DNA of 64,000 bases from Selaginella moellendorffii (Eukaryota > Plantae > Lycopodiophyta). The DNA is taken from contig NW_003314319.1 of the NCBI RefSeq assembly GCF_000143415.4, positions 196,115 through 260,114 on the forward strand, given 5' to 3'. The notes below the pieces were generated by a model. That model was not told where the DNA came from. It made no database searches and saw nothing but the letters and a program-made list of their open reading frames with translations. The position numbers were made by a program, and so were the translations under genes. Below are positions 13,140 through 24,774 of the stretch, one piece after another. The stretch's first letter is position 1. Every line of letters begins with the position of its first letter.

Positions 13140-14270
13140 TATAAATGCTGGAATTCACAAAATTAAAAGCTGGCTTAGGTGAATCTATAAAACAATCAGA
13201 GGAACGTCTTATCAACAAGGAATTCCCCTACCTTATGGAAATCTACAAAGTGCACAAAAGAACATTCAGATGGTGAATAGTGAATGCGATCATTGTGATA
13301 CTCGAGGTAATTCTGTTCGAATGTAAAAAGATGGCATTGCTCCAGAACTTAAGATACAAGCACAGCATGGGATTAAATAAAAAGGTTTATGGCCCGTTAG
13401 AGTTCACCTTAAAGCTACCAGATAAAATTTATGACTTGTTGAATGCCGACAGCGAGTTTACAAAGGTATAATTTATGTCGTTTTACTTGGAGGTTGGCAT
13501 CAACTATCCAACTCATAATCCTGCTAGAGCTGTTAGGCGCCAGCTTTGACTACGTGGTCAACGTCGGTCAAAGGGAGGCTCAAGGGTATATTAAGGCATG
13601 TTAGGGTAAAGGACTTAACCTACCCTAGGGCTCACAGTGGAGCGGCGGTGCAGTGGAGCTTTTGAGGTAGCTCGGGGGTGGTTGGGTGGTGAGGAACCTC
13701 AAGAGGTGGTGTAGCATAGTTTAGGGCGATTAGATCTCTGTCTTTTTGCGCGGTATCGGAGCCTAGTTCAATTCTCATGACTGACAAGTGGAGCAAGAAT
13801 ATTCTGAAGGAATATTCAACATGGTGGATCTAGAGGGAGAACCAAAGTTTGGTAGACCCTAAGAAAAGGACCATGGTGACCGGATGGTGGCCTAAATATG
13901 ATTGCGGACGATCATTCCCTGACGAGGGGGAGGATTGTTAGGCACCAGGTCAGGATAATAGGATAAGGAAAGGGCCCTACAATCAAGTGATCACCCCTTT
14001 AGCCAATTGGCTTAGGGTGTAAGGGATAGGATCCTAACAAGAGTTGTGTTCAACTGTCAGCAGCATCCACTCATAGATATGGAGATGTAAATCCCAGAAT
14101 GGAAAACCATAATATTATATCAAAATTACAGTAGATCCTAGCACAACTGAGTTTGGAGACAAATTGTGGGCTATCCCAATGGGTTTTTCTTGTTCACCTT
14201 CTTGGTGTAATTTATACCTCGTTTACCATGAATATAAAGCCCTCAAAACTCATCAACATGTTAATGTGGT
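13140..14270 (+). pseudogene. Penelope-like retroelement reverse transcriptase remnant, interrupted at 13531-14039
   Basis: FPYLMEIYKVHKRTFRW (PK.HK..R-like), LPDKIYDLLNAD and IPMGFSCSPSWCNLYL (PLE RT motif B, G.PMG...SP..ANLY). Confidence 0.6.
13531..14039 (+). mobile_element. Chimeric TRIM-like element using the family-A gypsy LTR
   Basis: 13531-~13750 matches the LTRs at 24468-24700 and 44975-45206. It is followed by PBS ggtatcggagc, PPT gagggggagga and a short TGTTAGG...CCTAACA repeat. Flanks are agagc/agagt. Confidence 0.65.
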
Positions 14271-15880
14271 ATGCTGAGACAACTAGCAAACATGGATCTT
14301 ATAATTATTAATGGTCCATCAGCCCAAACCACTTGCTCTAGTGATGTGAGAAGCTACAGCAAGAGGCACCTTCTCTCCTTCGCTCCAGGCCCAGAGAAAG
14401 CCCCAGATTTGTTCCATGATGCTGTTGCTGTAGTGCATGTGGATCTCGAGCTTGCTCACTCCAAGAAACCAGGGATGGAAGAATTCTCTTGGAAAACATC
14501 ATGCTCATGCATTGAGCTCCCAGGAGTGTGGTGAACACCAAGCTCACAATGCTGGTGATTGAGCTCTTCAAGCCAATAAAACTAGCCGAAGCAGTTTTGT
14601 ACTACAAATATATTAGTTGACAGTGTAAAATGAACTATGAATACTGCAGGTAGTAAAATCCTACTATCACAAAATTCACTGCTTCAAGCTGCCTGGAAGG
14701 AGCCTGAGTAGTCTTTGAGAGCCTGCCTAGACTGGCATGGCATTTCCAGGCCAGGAAGATTAATGAGGCAAGGAAGATCTTTAACTAGACCCCAACCATC
14801 ACCACCCATACTTGCAATGTGATGCTGGGAGCCTACATCACCACTCGTTGACGCCCAATCTAGGTGTGCAAACGCTTCACTCTGCCATGACTGGTGAGTC
14901 TGCACATCGCAATGCTTGGCCTCTGGCAGCTCTTGGAGACAGATCACCATTACCATTGCTGTCACGATGCAAAAAGAACCGATAGAAAGGGAAAATGGAG
15001 AAAGAGAGCTATCCAGGTAGAATCTAACGATTTCCCTGTACCCGTACAAAGTATTTTTGTTTAGAAAGGAATATTCATTACTGATTTCAAGATTTACTTT
15101 TACCAAATTTGATCTTGAAATCTTGAAAAACCTTGATAGAAGCTGGATAGCACATGAACATAGCTCTCATATATTGCCCTTACAGATATACCAAAGAATA
15201 AGCAGGAATATTAAAGGAAAAGAATATTCATATATGATTAGAGAGAAGTTTAGATAGAAGAGTTTTTGGAGTCTTTTGTCAAAAGGGCAATTGCATTAAG
15301 AACAGAGATGGTGGGAGTCCTTTGTGTATAAGTGTGTAAGCAAGAAACTACATTTCACCCTAGGACAAACCACCACGGCATCAAGTATCTTTTGGAGCAA
15401 TATTAGAGAAGAAAGAGTTACAATCTCTTTATTTCACTATAAGTATCAACTAGACAACTCTATACAACAATACTAAAATGTACAGCATATCTAGCCTCTA
15501 GTGAAAATTGAGTTTTTATTTAGTTATTATTTTCTTTCCTATTACAAAATATTTTGCAATTGTGAGGGCCAAGTGTACGGCTACGATGCCATATACTAAT
15601 ATTAGCATAGTGGGGTTTTGGTAGCCGTCGGATTAATTTCAATCCGGACCACTTGCTCCTAGATATAAGCTAGGGTTATTGGGCTAATAGATATGCACAT
15701 TTTCTTCCGTATTCCAAGCATTCACATTGGTGGAGGTGAGGGGCACTTTTGATTGTCCCTGAGAAGTGCTTGGATTTGAGATTTTGGTTTAGATCTAGCT
15801 TTTGCATTATCTAGATCTACCATTTCCTTCTAGCTTTTTGTCATTTATCTTCTTTTGCTCTTTCTTTTTCATTCGTCTTC

Positions 15881-17375
15881 ATGGCAGATCAGCAATCTCC
15901 TCCTTTGACTCTGGAGCATCAGTTGGTACAATAGCTTGATGCTATGCGTTTGCAATTGAACAACCAAACTCAGTTGATGGCGGCGTTCACGGCACATGGT
16001 ACAACTCTTCCTGCTCTTGGTGCCAATCCTCACGTTCGGCTAGAGTTCTTTCACGGGAATCCTGGGGATGATGTGTATCATTGGTTTGATCACTTCACGA
16101 TCATTGCCACATATCATTCTTGGGATGATGCTTGACATTTGAGTGAGTTTCCCACATGTCTCCAAGTGACGGCATTGTAGTGGTACAACAGTTTGGGCGT
16201 AGCCACTCGCGGGGATTGGAGTGTTCTTCTGGATGTTTTCAAACGCGTCTTCGGACATGCCGATGACTGTGATGATGCTTTCCAACAATTGGATCGTCTT
16301 CACCAAGGGCCATCTGAGTCGGTGATGCAGTTTGGCATTCGTTTCTGAAGTCTTTTGCTTTGTGCGGAGCTAAATATGTCGGAGCGGATCAAGCTAGGAA
16401 TGTTGTGGCCAGCACTTCATCAAGATCTTGTTGGACTTGTGCATGCACTTGCTCCTGCCACCCTTGACAATGCTCTTTGTTTAGCACAATGTTATGAGAC
16501 GTCGCCTCTTCCACTTCTCACTGCACATCCTTCAGCTCCTCTTTCTAAAGGTGATGGTCCTGTTCTAATGGAGGTTGATGTTGTTGAGTCCAAGGACAAG
16601 GGTGAGGATGTGGTTGTGGCCGTGATGTTCGCTGCTGGGTATGTGACGAAGTTGGTCATACTTATCAGCGTTGTCGGTGTTTTCTAGATTGGCGATCTCC
16701 ATTTCCTGGGTGGAGACCTTGGCGTCAGCAACGTCCCGTTGGTGCTGCTGCAGTGGAAGGTTTGGACACCGAGATGCATCTGGGAAACGAGGAGTCGCAC
16801 AAGTAATGGAGGGATCTTGCTTGAATAAGTCAGTGACCCCTCCATCTTTCTTTCGGGAGTATCATCAAGGGGTTCACTCGGCACCAGTTCATTCAGTGTT
16901 TACTTTACAAGCTCGTTTTTATAACAAAAGGTCTTCTATTATTCTCTCCGTGTTGGTTGATACAGGTTCGAGTTTATCTTCTATTGCTCGACCTGTTGCC
17001 ATACGTTGCCGTCTACACTTGCATCGTGCGGCAGAACCAGTTTTCATTCTTTATGGCAATGGCCGTATACATGCATGTGCACGGGATGAGGCGGACCTGG
17101 TTGTGCGTGTGGGCGATCTCGAGCTTGAGTTGCAGTCATTGCGGGTGGTGCCGAGTCAAGCTTTTGACCTCATTCTTGGTATGGATTGGTTGCAGCGCAA
17201 TCATGCCAAGTGTGACTTTGAGGCTTCTCCCCCTTGTCTCATACTTCCTTATGTTTCATCCATTCCTCTTACTTCCGTCCTTCTTCGTCCCTCTACTTCG
17301 TCCCTCTCCGTCCCTCTTCGTCCCTCTTCGTCCTTTCTTTATTTTGTGGGGATAGATCCTGATGATCATTTATGA
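15881..17375 (+). pseudogene. gag (zinc knuckle CWVCDEVGHTYQRC) and aspartic protease (LVDTGSS...DLILGMDWL), with stops and frameshifts
   Basis: Translated motifs. Confidence 0.8.
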
Positions 17376-17378
17376 CTG

Positions 17379-18470
17379 ATGGTGCCTTCTATCTTTATTC
17401 CACAATTTCTCCATGCCTACCATGATTCTCCTATTCTAGGTGGGTATATGGGACATCGTCGTGTAACCGAGAAGTTGCGCAGATTTTTCTATTGGCCGGA
17501 GATGCGACATGATATTATCTGGTATGTGCGTAGCTATGGTTGGTGCCAAGCTCGTAATACTCCCCCTCAGGCTGCGAAAGGACGGTTGGAGTCAATTTCA
17601 GTTTCCTGTCTATTTGAGTTGGTGGTGTTTGATCTTATGGGACATTTTCCACGGTCGATTGCTAGCAATGAGTATGTTATTGTTGCTTCTGACTACTTGA
17701 TTCGTTGGGTGGAAGTTGGTGCTATTGCTAGTGCCTCTGCAATTGTTGTTGGATACTTCCTCCTCAATCGTGTGGTGTTCCAACATTCTTGTCCAGAGCG
17801 GATTCTTTTGGATAATGGTCCCGCATTTATGGTTGAGGCATTTCATGTTTTGACGTCTCGGTTGGGGATACGCCACACTTTCACGAGTGCTTATCATCCA
17901 CAATCAGACGGTCTGGTGGAACGACTCGTTCGGACATTCAAGGGGATGATTGCGAAGTATGTGAACTTTCAGCATTTAGATTGGGATGGTTATTTGCCAT
18001 ATCTTCAGTATGCATATGTCACATGGGTGCAGAGTTCTGTTGGTGCTTTACCATATAAACTCCTATATGGTTATGATCCAATATTACCAATGGAGCTGGG
18101 TTTACCTTCGCGATTGCCATGAGCTGCCGATGCTAGGTCGTGGGATCAGTATTTGACGAGCATCTTTCCACTTGTCCGAGCAGAGTTTGCTGAACACTTA
18201 GGCCGTGTACAAGTGGGACAACAACGGCGGTACAACTCCCATCATCGTCCACCTGCGGAGTACAAAGTGGATGATTTGGTGTTAGTCTGTTTTCCCCATC
18301 TTACAGTACGTGGTTTATCTAAGGGGCTCCTTGCGTAGTGGAAAGGACCGTATCGGGTGTTGCAACAAGTTGGACCACAAGTTTATGAGGTTAGGCATGA
18401 CGTCTAGCAGGCTGATCCTCCAGAGATTGTGCATGTGTAACTATTGAAACGCTTTATACAAAGGGATCAG
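17379..18470 (+). pseudogene. Gypsy integrase (zinc finger plus DDE core, SAYHPQSDGLVER)
   Basis: 247-aa ORF plus downstream in-frame fragments (W.GPY.V). Confidence 0.85.
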
Positions 18471-18830
18471 AAGCAGTTAATACCAACTATAGATCCGCTG
18501 ATGCCTCCTCCTGACGTTCCTTTAGATCCTGGCCCGTTTACAAGAGAACCCTGATGGTCTTCCATTATTCCGAGAGGAGGGGATGATGTGAGGGGCAAGT
18601 GTACGGTTACGATGCCGTATACTAATATTAGCATAGTGGGATTTTGGTAGTTGTCGGATTGGTTTCAATCCGGACCACTTGCTCCTGTATATAAGCTAGG
18701 GTTTTTGGGCTAATGGATATGCACATTTTCTATATTCCCTTTCCATATTCCAAGCACTCACACAATGATAACAAAATTAAATGTATATATGGAGTAATAT
18801 GTAAAAATTTAAAAACTATTAAAAACTATT

Positions 18831-19715
18831 TTATTTTATACATCCAATATGAGAATAAGTTTTAGTTTCCCATAAAACAATTTTATTTAAAGCTGAGGTT
18901 ATACTATACTGTACTAAATTACAATCATTTTGTAATTTAAGATAAGTAAATAAATAACAATATGGTTCTCTTAAACAAAATAAATCAATAGCCCATATTA
19001 CTTCATTTTTATGAGTGTATAAAACAAGATTTCCATCAAGTTGAAGCTTGAGATAGCATAAACTATAATATTCATTATCATTATTTGATCTCCACAATAG
19101 ATTTTTCTCAGAATAAAGAGAGATTTTACAATTTGATTCTAACAATAAAATGTTTTTTCCATTTTGAGATTTTAAAAATTGATTTGTATAAATTATATTA
19201 TTATCAAAAGCAGCATCTAAAGTAGATAAATCATTATTTTTATTGCAAGTTATACTTAAATATAATTGATTTCTTATAAAGGTACTTCGAAATATGTTAG
19301 AAACATTATTATAGAAGGAAAAATAAGAATATTGAATTTGATAATTATCACTTGTAATTTGACATTTTGATGAACGTGCTGCAATAATTTCATTTCGATA
19401 TCTTCTTAATAATCCATTAAAATATGTTCTTAAAATAATCCCTGAAACACTTTCAGAATTTTCACAATTCAATCTTTTTATTTCTAATATAGCAACTCCA
19501 TATGCAATATCCAATGGTCTTTTCAAAGTAAAATCTGCAGGATACATCGAGTTATGTTTTCCACTAAGTATTTGTGATGTAAGCCTATCAAAATTATCAG
19601 CAATCATTGCAGATTCATTTGAATTTAAAGTGTTATTTGCACCCCAACATATAGTTAGAGCTTCTATGAAACAATAAAATTTAAATATAAAAAATAAAAA
19701 TAAATAAAAACTCAT
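18831..19715 (-). CDS. Secreted protein with C-terminal bulb-type (GNA/B-) mannose-binding lectin domain
   Basis: Intact intronless 294-aa ORF with a hydrophobic N-terminus. Contains NQFLKSQNG, QLDGNLVLY and QNDCNLVQY (QxDxNxVxY sites), and VLWETKT. Confidence 0.8.
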   Translation of the reverse strand: MSFYLFLFFIFKFYCFIEALTICWGANNTLNSNESAMIADNFDRLTSQILSGKHNSMYPADFTLKRPLDIAYGVAILEIKRLNCENSESVSGIILRTYFNGLLRRYRNEIIAARSSKCQITSDNYQIQYSYFSFYNNVSNIFRSTFIRNQLYLSITCNKNNDLSTLDAAFDNNIIYTNQFLKSQNGKNILLLESNCKISLYSEKNLLWRSNNDNEYYSLCYLKLQLDGNLVLYTHKNEVIWAIDLFCLREPYCYLFTYLKLQNDCNLVQYSITSALNKIVLWETKTYSHIGCIK

Positions 19716-20029
19716 TTCTCAGTGAATTCCACAAAATAATTAGTGTACTAAAACAGGTATATTTTATAGTTATGTTTTATAGTTATATTTTTTCTTTTGT
19801 TCAAAATAATCTTCAAGAATATATTTAAATATAAAAGAAGGACTTTTATTTCAACAATAATATAATACGACATAATATAGAGTTTTCTAACGAATAATAA
19901 TTTATTATTATTATTAATAGTTATTATTGTTAATAATTATTTTAAAATTTTTTTAATGAATTTTCAGTTAAACCCAAGGTTACATTATATTTCTCTCTCT
20001 CCCTCTCCTTCTCTCTTTCCCTCTCCCCC

Positions 20030-22530
20030 CATAGTTTTCTAGTCAGTCAAAGCCATGCTTCAAGGATATCCGAAATCAACCTAGATTTGACATATAAACA
20101 ATTTAAGAGAGAGAAATTTATAATTGAGCCATAGATATTGAGTAATTGGTTTTAGCCATACCTATACCTAAACTTATTTGACACCCTCCCAATACCAAAT
20201 CTTGCCTAAGCCAATCATAGCCTAATATATACAATAATATCAATTAAGTCACTCAATATCATTCAATTGATAATATAAAACTATTATGTATAGATGATTA
20301 AATTTTTCACTCTACTTTAATCATTTAACTACACTTTTAACCATTTAGAGGAGTTTCACTTACAACCTCCATAAGTCCTTGAAGGTGAACTCAAAATTAC
20401 ACTAACTTCACATTTGGTCCAAGTGCTTCATATGTTGAAGTCTTACCTTAAACACCTAAAGGCAACACTGACATCCTAGCCTCTAACACTAAGATGATAT
20501 CCATTCCTATTATCTTATTGGTAATCCAATACCACATGTATTATGATCTCATCTCTCCAAGACTAGACTATCCATCTATAGTGATCATCTTATGACCACT
20601 CTTTAATCTTTTAAATACCCCAAAATATAAAAGAACACCATCCCCCAATATCCTTTTTTTAATCCCCACTAAGTCCCTCTCTGTCCATAGTGGTGCTTAC
20701 TAATACTGCCACTAGGTTAGGGCTTGATAACCCATCCATTAAGTCCCCTTAACCTTTAAAACCTCTTTACTGCATAACTATGCCTTTGGTTATTAAGCAA
20801 AAAGGTTATTAGACTTTAGAATGATATGTCGGAACAATATAGCCTAATATGAGTCTTGTGGGTGCTTTCCCTAGGGTGCTCTAACCACATGGCTAGAACA
20901 AAGTTTTAATGAGCCATATAAGGTATTCAAGTAGGTAGTGCCACCCACACTTGGATTGGGAGCATCAATTATTTGATCTCCTGGAGGAGTTAGAATTGAC
21001 TTTTGAACATTTCACCAAGTCACTTTATTTGTTTATTTATATTCACTTTAGCGTTAGACTTCCCAATATTCATAACATCACCTATAATATAGATTTAATT
21101 ATCCTCAGTCACACTAACCTTCCTTTGCCACATTAGTTCCCTTAGAGTTCTCCCCACTACTATCTTGTAAAGACTTATTAAACTCTATAGGATTTGTGAG
21201 ATGATCACTTTGGGCTTTTACCCTCATATTTGGTCTCAGTCTTTGGCCTTAGCCTTGGTCTTGGTATCGGACTTGATATTAGACTTAATCTTGGATGTGG
21301 TCTCAGACTTAATTTGGACTTAATGTTAGACTTGGTATCAATACTTTCACATGTTATGATAGGTTCAAATATAAAAGAAAAGGGTTTATGAATAAGAGTG
21401 CACCTTCTTTTTCAATCATTTAAGGGTGGTTATTCTTTTATCCCTTTTTAGAGACTTGCTTATCAATCACTTCATGCTCATTCCTCAAGTAATTTTTTGA
21501 GAGTTCCACTTTTACTCTCGACTTTTTGAGTTAAAATTTTTGGTCCAAATATGTTATGTTCGTTAGATTTATATTTTGACTACTGCCGCATAGCATACCT
21601 TTGGTTTTATTTTGGGACTTAAGTATTTGTGTCTTACAACTCTACCACCTATAAACAAAGTTTGATGTCCCCATAACAAAGTTTAATATCTTTATCAGAC
21701 GATAACCTATTTTCTAAAGTAACCCCATCATAGATTACCATTTTTATTTTTTGCACTAAGCCATTATTTATCAATGGTTTAACACCAAAGGCTCATTATG
21801 CCTTGTATATCCTTTAAGGAGCATGGACCATCTAGTTTAGAGACTTATTGAATTATTTATAATGGTTCTCTCACTTTATTGGTTTAGATCCCACTAAACC
21901 CATTTTCTATCTCAATTTTATTACTCATTCTAGAGCAATCTTGAATTATATCAATATAAGGATTGTCTTTTAGAATTTTAATATTGACTTCTCATATTAA
22001 TTTCCTAGGTGTCTCAGACACCTTCTATTGCATATCTTTGCTGTGCAAACTCTACTTCCCAAATTCTTTACTTAAGGACATCATCATCCTTTTTTTATCT
22101 CGTGCCATTCTAAGCACTAAGTTCTACTTATCTATAATTTGTACTAGGGATGCTCATAGGTCTATTATTTTGTTATATTGCATGGTAGTTTTTTGCCTAA
22201 CTTATAATTTGAATTCACTCTAATAGTTTTTAAGGCCTATTCTTGGCCATTTAGTATTTTACTTATGCTTTAGTCAATGTATCTTCTTGTTCCATAATAA
22301 AGACTCTATTTTGTTAAGTCTATGGGGTATTTATAGCCTCCCAATGGTGGGGAAATCTCTCTCTCATGCTCTAGAATCAAGTTTAAACATCTCTTTTGTA
22401 TGAACTCCTTGAAATCTTCGCAATGGAGGAGAAGGGGGTATATACCCCAATGTCCCTTATTTACTCTTTATCATTTCAGTTGTGCCTTTGGGGATCCTTT
22501 AGCCTATGACACCTCGGGGAGTTAGTTCCT
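20030..22530 (-). mobile_element. Highly decayed LTR retrotransposon remnant related to the element at 61460-64000
   Basis: 22487-22534 matches 62469-62516 (ttggggatcctttagcctatgaca...ttccttaca). Decayed tcggac-type repeats at ~21230-21335. Confidence 0.5.
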
Positions 22531-22989
22531 TACACAATACTTTGGAAATGTGTTGTTGATCTGCTCATCCACAAGGTTGGGTATGATGTTAGTGGAACTA
22601 TCACACCCAGGGAAAATACATGCTACATGTTCGCTATCATGAAACCTGTCATATATGTTTTATCAAAAGGCATGATAGGTCTACATCATAACTTAGAAAA
22701 TAAGAAAGTTTAGAAATTAGATAAAAATATAAAATACATATTCATCTTTTCAAGCTTCCTTTGGACACCCTTAGTATCAATGCCAATAGAATCCATGATG
22801 CACCATTTGAAGTGAACTTTTGTTGCATATGTCATAAGCTCATACATCTAGTTGGGTCGTTTGGATAAAGATGACATGGCTAGCTTTGAGCATAAGTGCT
22901 TTGGACAAGAGTAATATATTGTGCATATGGTCAGATGTGAAAAAGTTCCAATCCTTGATTGTAGTTCATGTGATCTTTCATCAACTGAA

Positions 22990-23577
22990 AGCCCTTTTTC
23001 CAATTGGTTTAAGGGGAGAGAGATAAAGTGCGCTACATGTGGTATCAGAGCAAATGGCACGGGTTCAATTCTTATTGATTAGTGGTTACTTAAAATATAA
23101 TATATCCTTGAGCAAGGTATATTCCTACCCCTAAATTTGAAATTGTACGTATTGGGCATCCATGTGTATGTCCTTCCTTTTGGTGGAGCATCCACGGATG
23201 AAGGTATCCACCATGGGACTGCAATACGGGTAGATGATTAGTTGCCTCACATCGAATAGCTAATTTACACAATGGAAGGATGAATAGTTGGTTTATACAA
23301 TGGAAGAATTAGTAAATTCAGTGCAGAAATAGAGGTGCTAGTTCCCCTTGGCTCAGAAGGGGTTATTAATCAATAGTCAATGAGGACATTGACATCTTTG
23401 AAGAGGGGGTGAGTGTAACACATATGATCATGGGATGAGATTTAGATATGTTGTCATCGTGGATCTTTGGAACCTTTAGGGGATAAATGGGGATAAAATA
23501 GCCACTAAGGGCTCTTTTATCAAGAAATTGCCCTTTTTCCAATTAGCTAAAGGGGAGAGAGATAAGGTGCACTATAT
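22990..23577 (+). mobile_element. Probable decayed TRIM
   Basis: Repeated LTR end (ccctttttccaatt...ggggagagagataa..tgc.cta) at ~22990-23037 and ~23530-23577. PBS tggtatcagagc at 23040; PPT gaagaggggg before tgtaac at 23414. Confidence 0.5.
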
Positions 23578-24774
23578 TGACTGTCCTATCAATATCTAAA
23601 ATACCATCTAAAAAGTTGAAGAGAATGAAGTCCACAATTGAGACCCAGGGCCTTTATATCTTTTAACCCTAATAGTTAAACTAACATCATATATCCATGT
23701 TCATGTTGTTTTCTATGAGCAATTTACTATAGGAGCTAATAAAGACACCCATAATGCCTCGTGTTATTAGGGAAGCAAGACAGATTTATAGAAGAGTTAA
23801 GTGAATAAAAAAAGTAATGAATAATATACTACTGTCATATGGTGTATTGTCAATGAGAGTTCCTCCAACTCCTCTTCACAAACATCTCGTCAAGCTGGAA
23901 TGAAATTACTACCAATAGTCATTACTTCAAAAAACATGTTTTTACCACCTTTAGTTGTAAAATTCATTTTTGCTTACCTTGAGGTTAACATTATCTTTTA
24001 TGAACCACTTGATCATCGTTATTTAATAATGGAACTTGATTTGGATCTTGGTTGTTTGATGGTTGAACTAAAATCTGATCCTAACTGTTTGATGGTGGAA
24101 CATGAACTTGATTTAGAGCTTCCTCATCCTCCTCTCCATCGTCACTTGCATCGCCATTGTTGTTAGTATTGACAACTTCCTCCTAGTCTAGTGTAAAGGT
24201 CTCCTTCTCTAGAAGCTCTAACTTCCAAAGGCATTCTATTTTTCATATTTTTGGAACTCTCACAAATATTGTTGGGTATATTCCTCCATCCCTTACACCC
24301 TTTGCAACAAGTGAATGCAAATTGGTGCCTCAAATGGCATGCCTCTATATCAAAGTTACCTGTAAATAATATATATTTAAAAAGACCTTAGAAATCATAT
24401 TATACATATAAACTACACGTCGCATAAAATAAGGTTAACCATGTTGTGTTGGGGGAAGGAAGGGCACTGTTATGATCTGGCATAAAAAGACAGAAATCTA
24501 GTCACCCTAGACTATACTACGCCACCTCTTGAGGTTCCTCACCACCCAACCACCCCCAAGCTACCTCAAAAGCTCCACTGCGCCACCGCTCCACTGTGAG
24601 CCCTAGGGTAGGTCTAGTCTCTTACCCTAACATGCCTTAATATACCCTTGAGCCTCCCTTTGACCGACGTTGACTACGTAGTCAAAGTTGGCACTTAACA
24701 ATTCTTCCCCCCCAACAAAGTCCTTGTCCCAAGGACGAGTTGTACCAGTGATCACCCTTTTTGGGGAACCCTGC

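Larger units (their letters stand above)
15561..18762 (+). mobile_element. Ty3/gypsy LTR element lacking RT/RNase H (gag-PR-IN)
   Basis: LTRs TGTGAG...CACA at 15561-15726 and 18587-18762; 4-bp TSD CAAT; PBS tggtggaggtg (tRNA-Ala-like); PPT gagaggagggga. Confidence 0.88.

Noticed and set aside
14300-15100. Short ORFs (14338-14571, 14684-15106)
   Set aside because: No family motif recognised; likely spurious or decayed.
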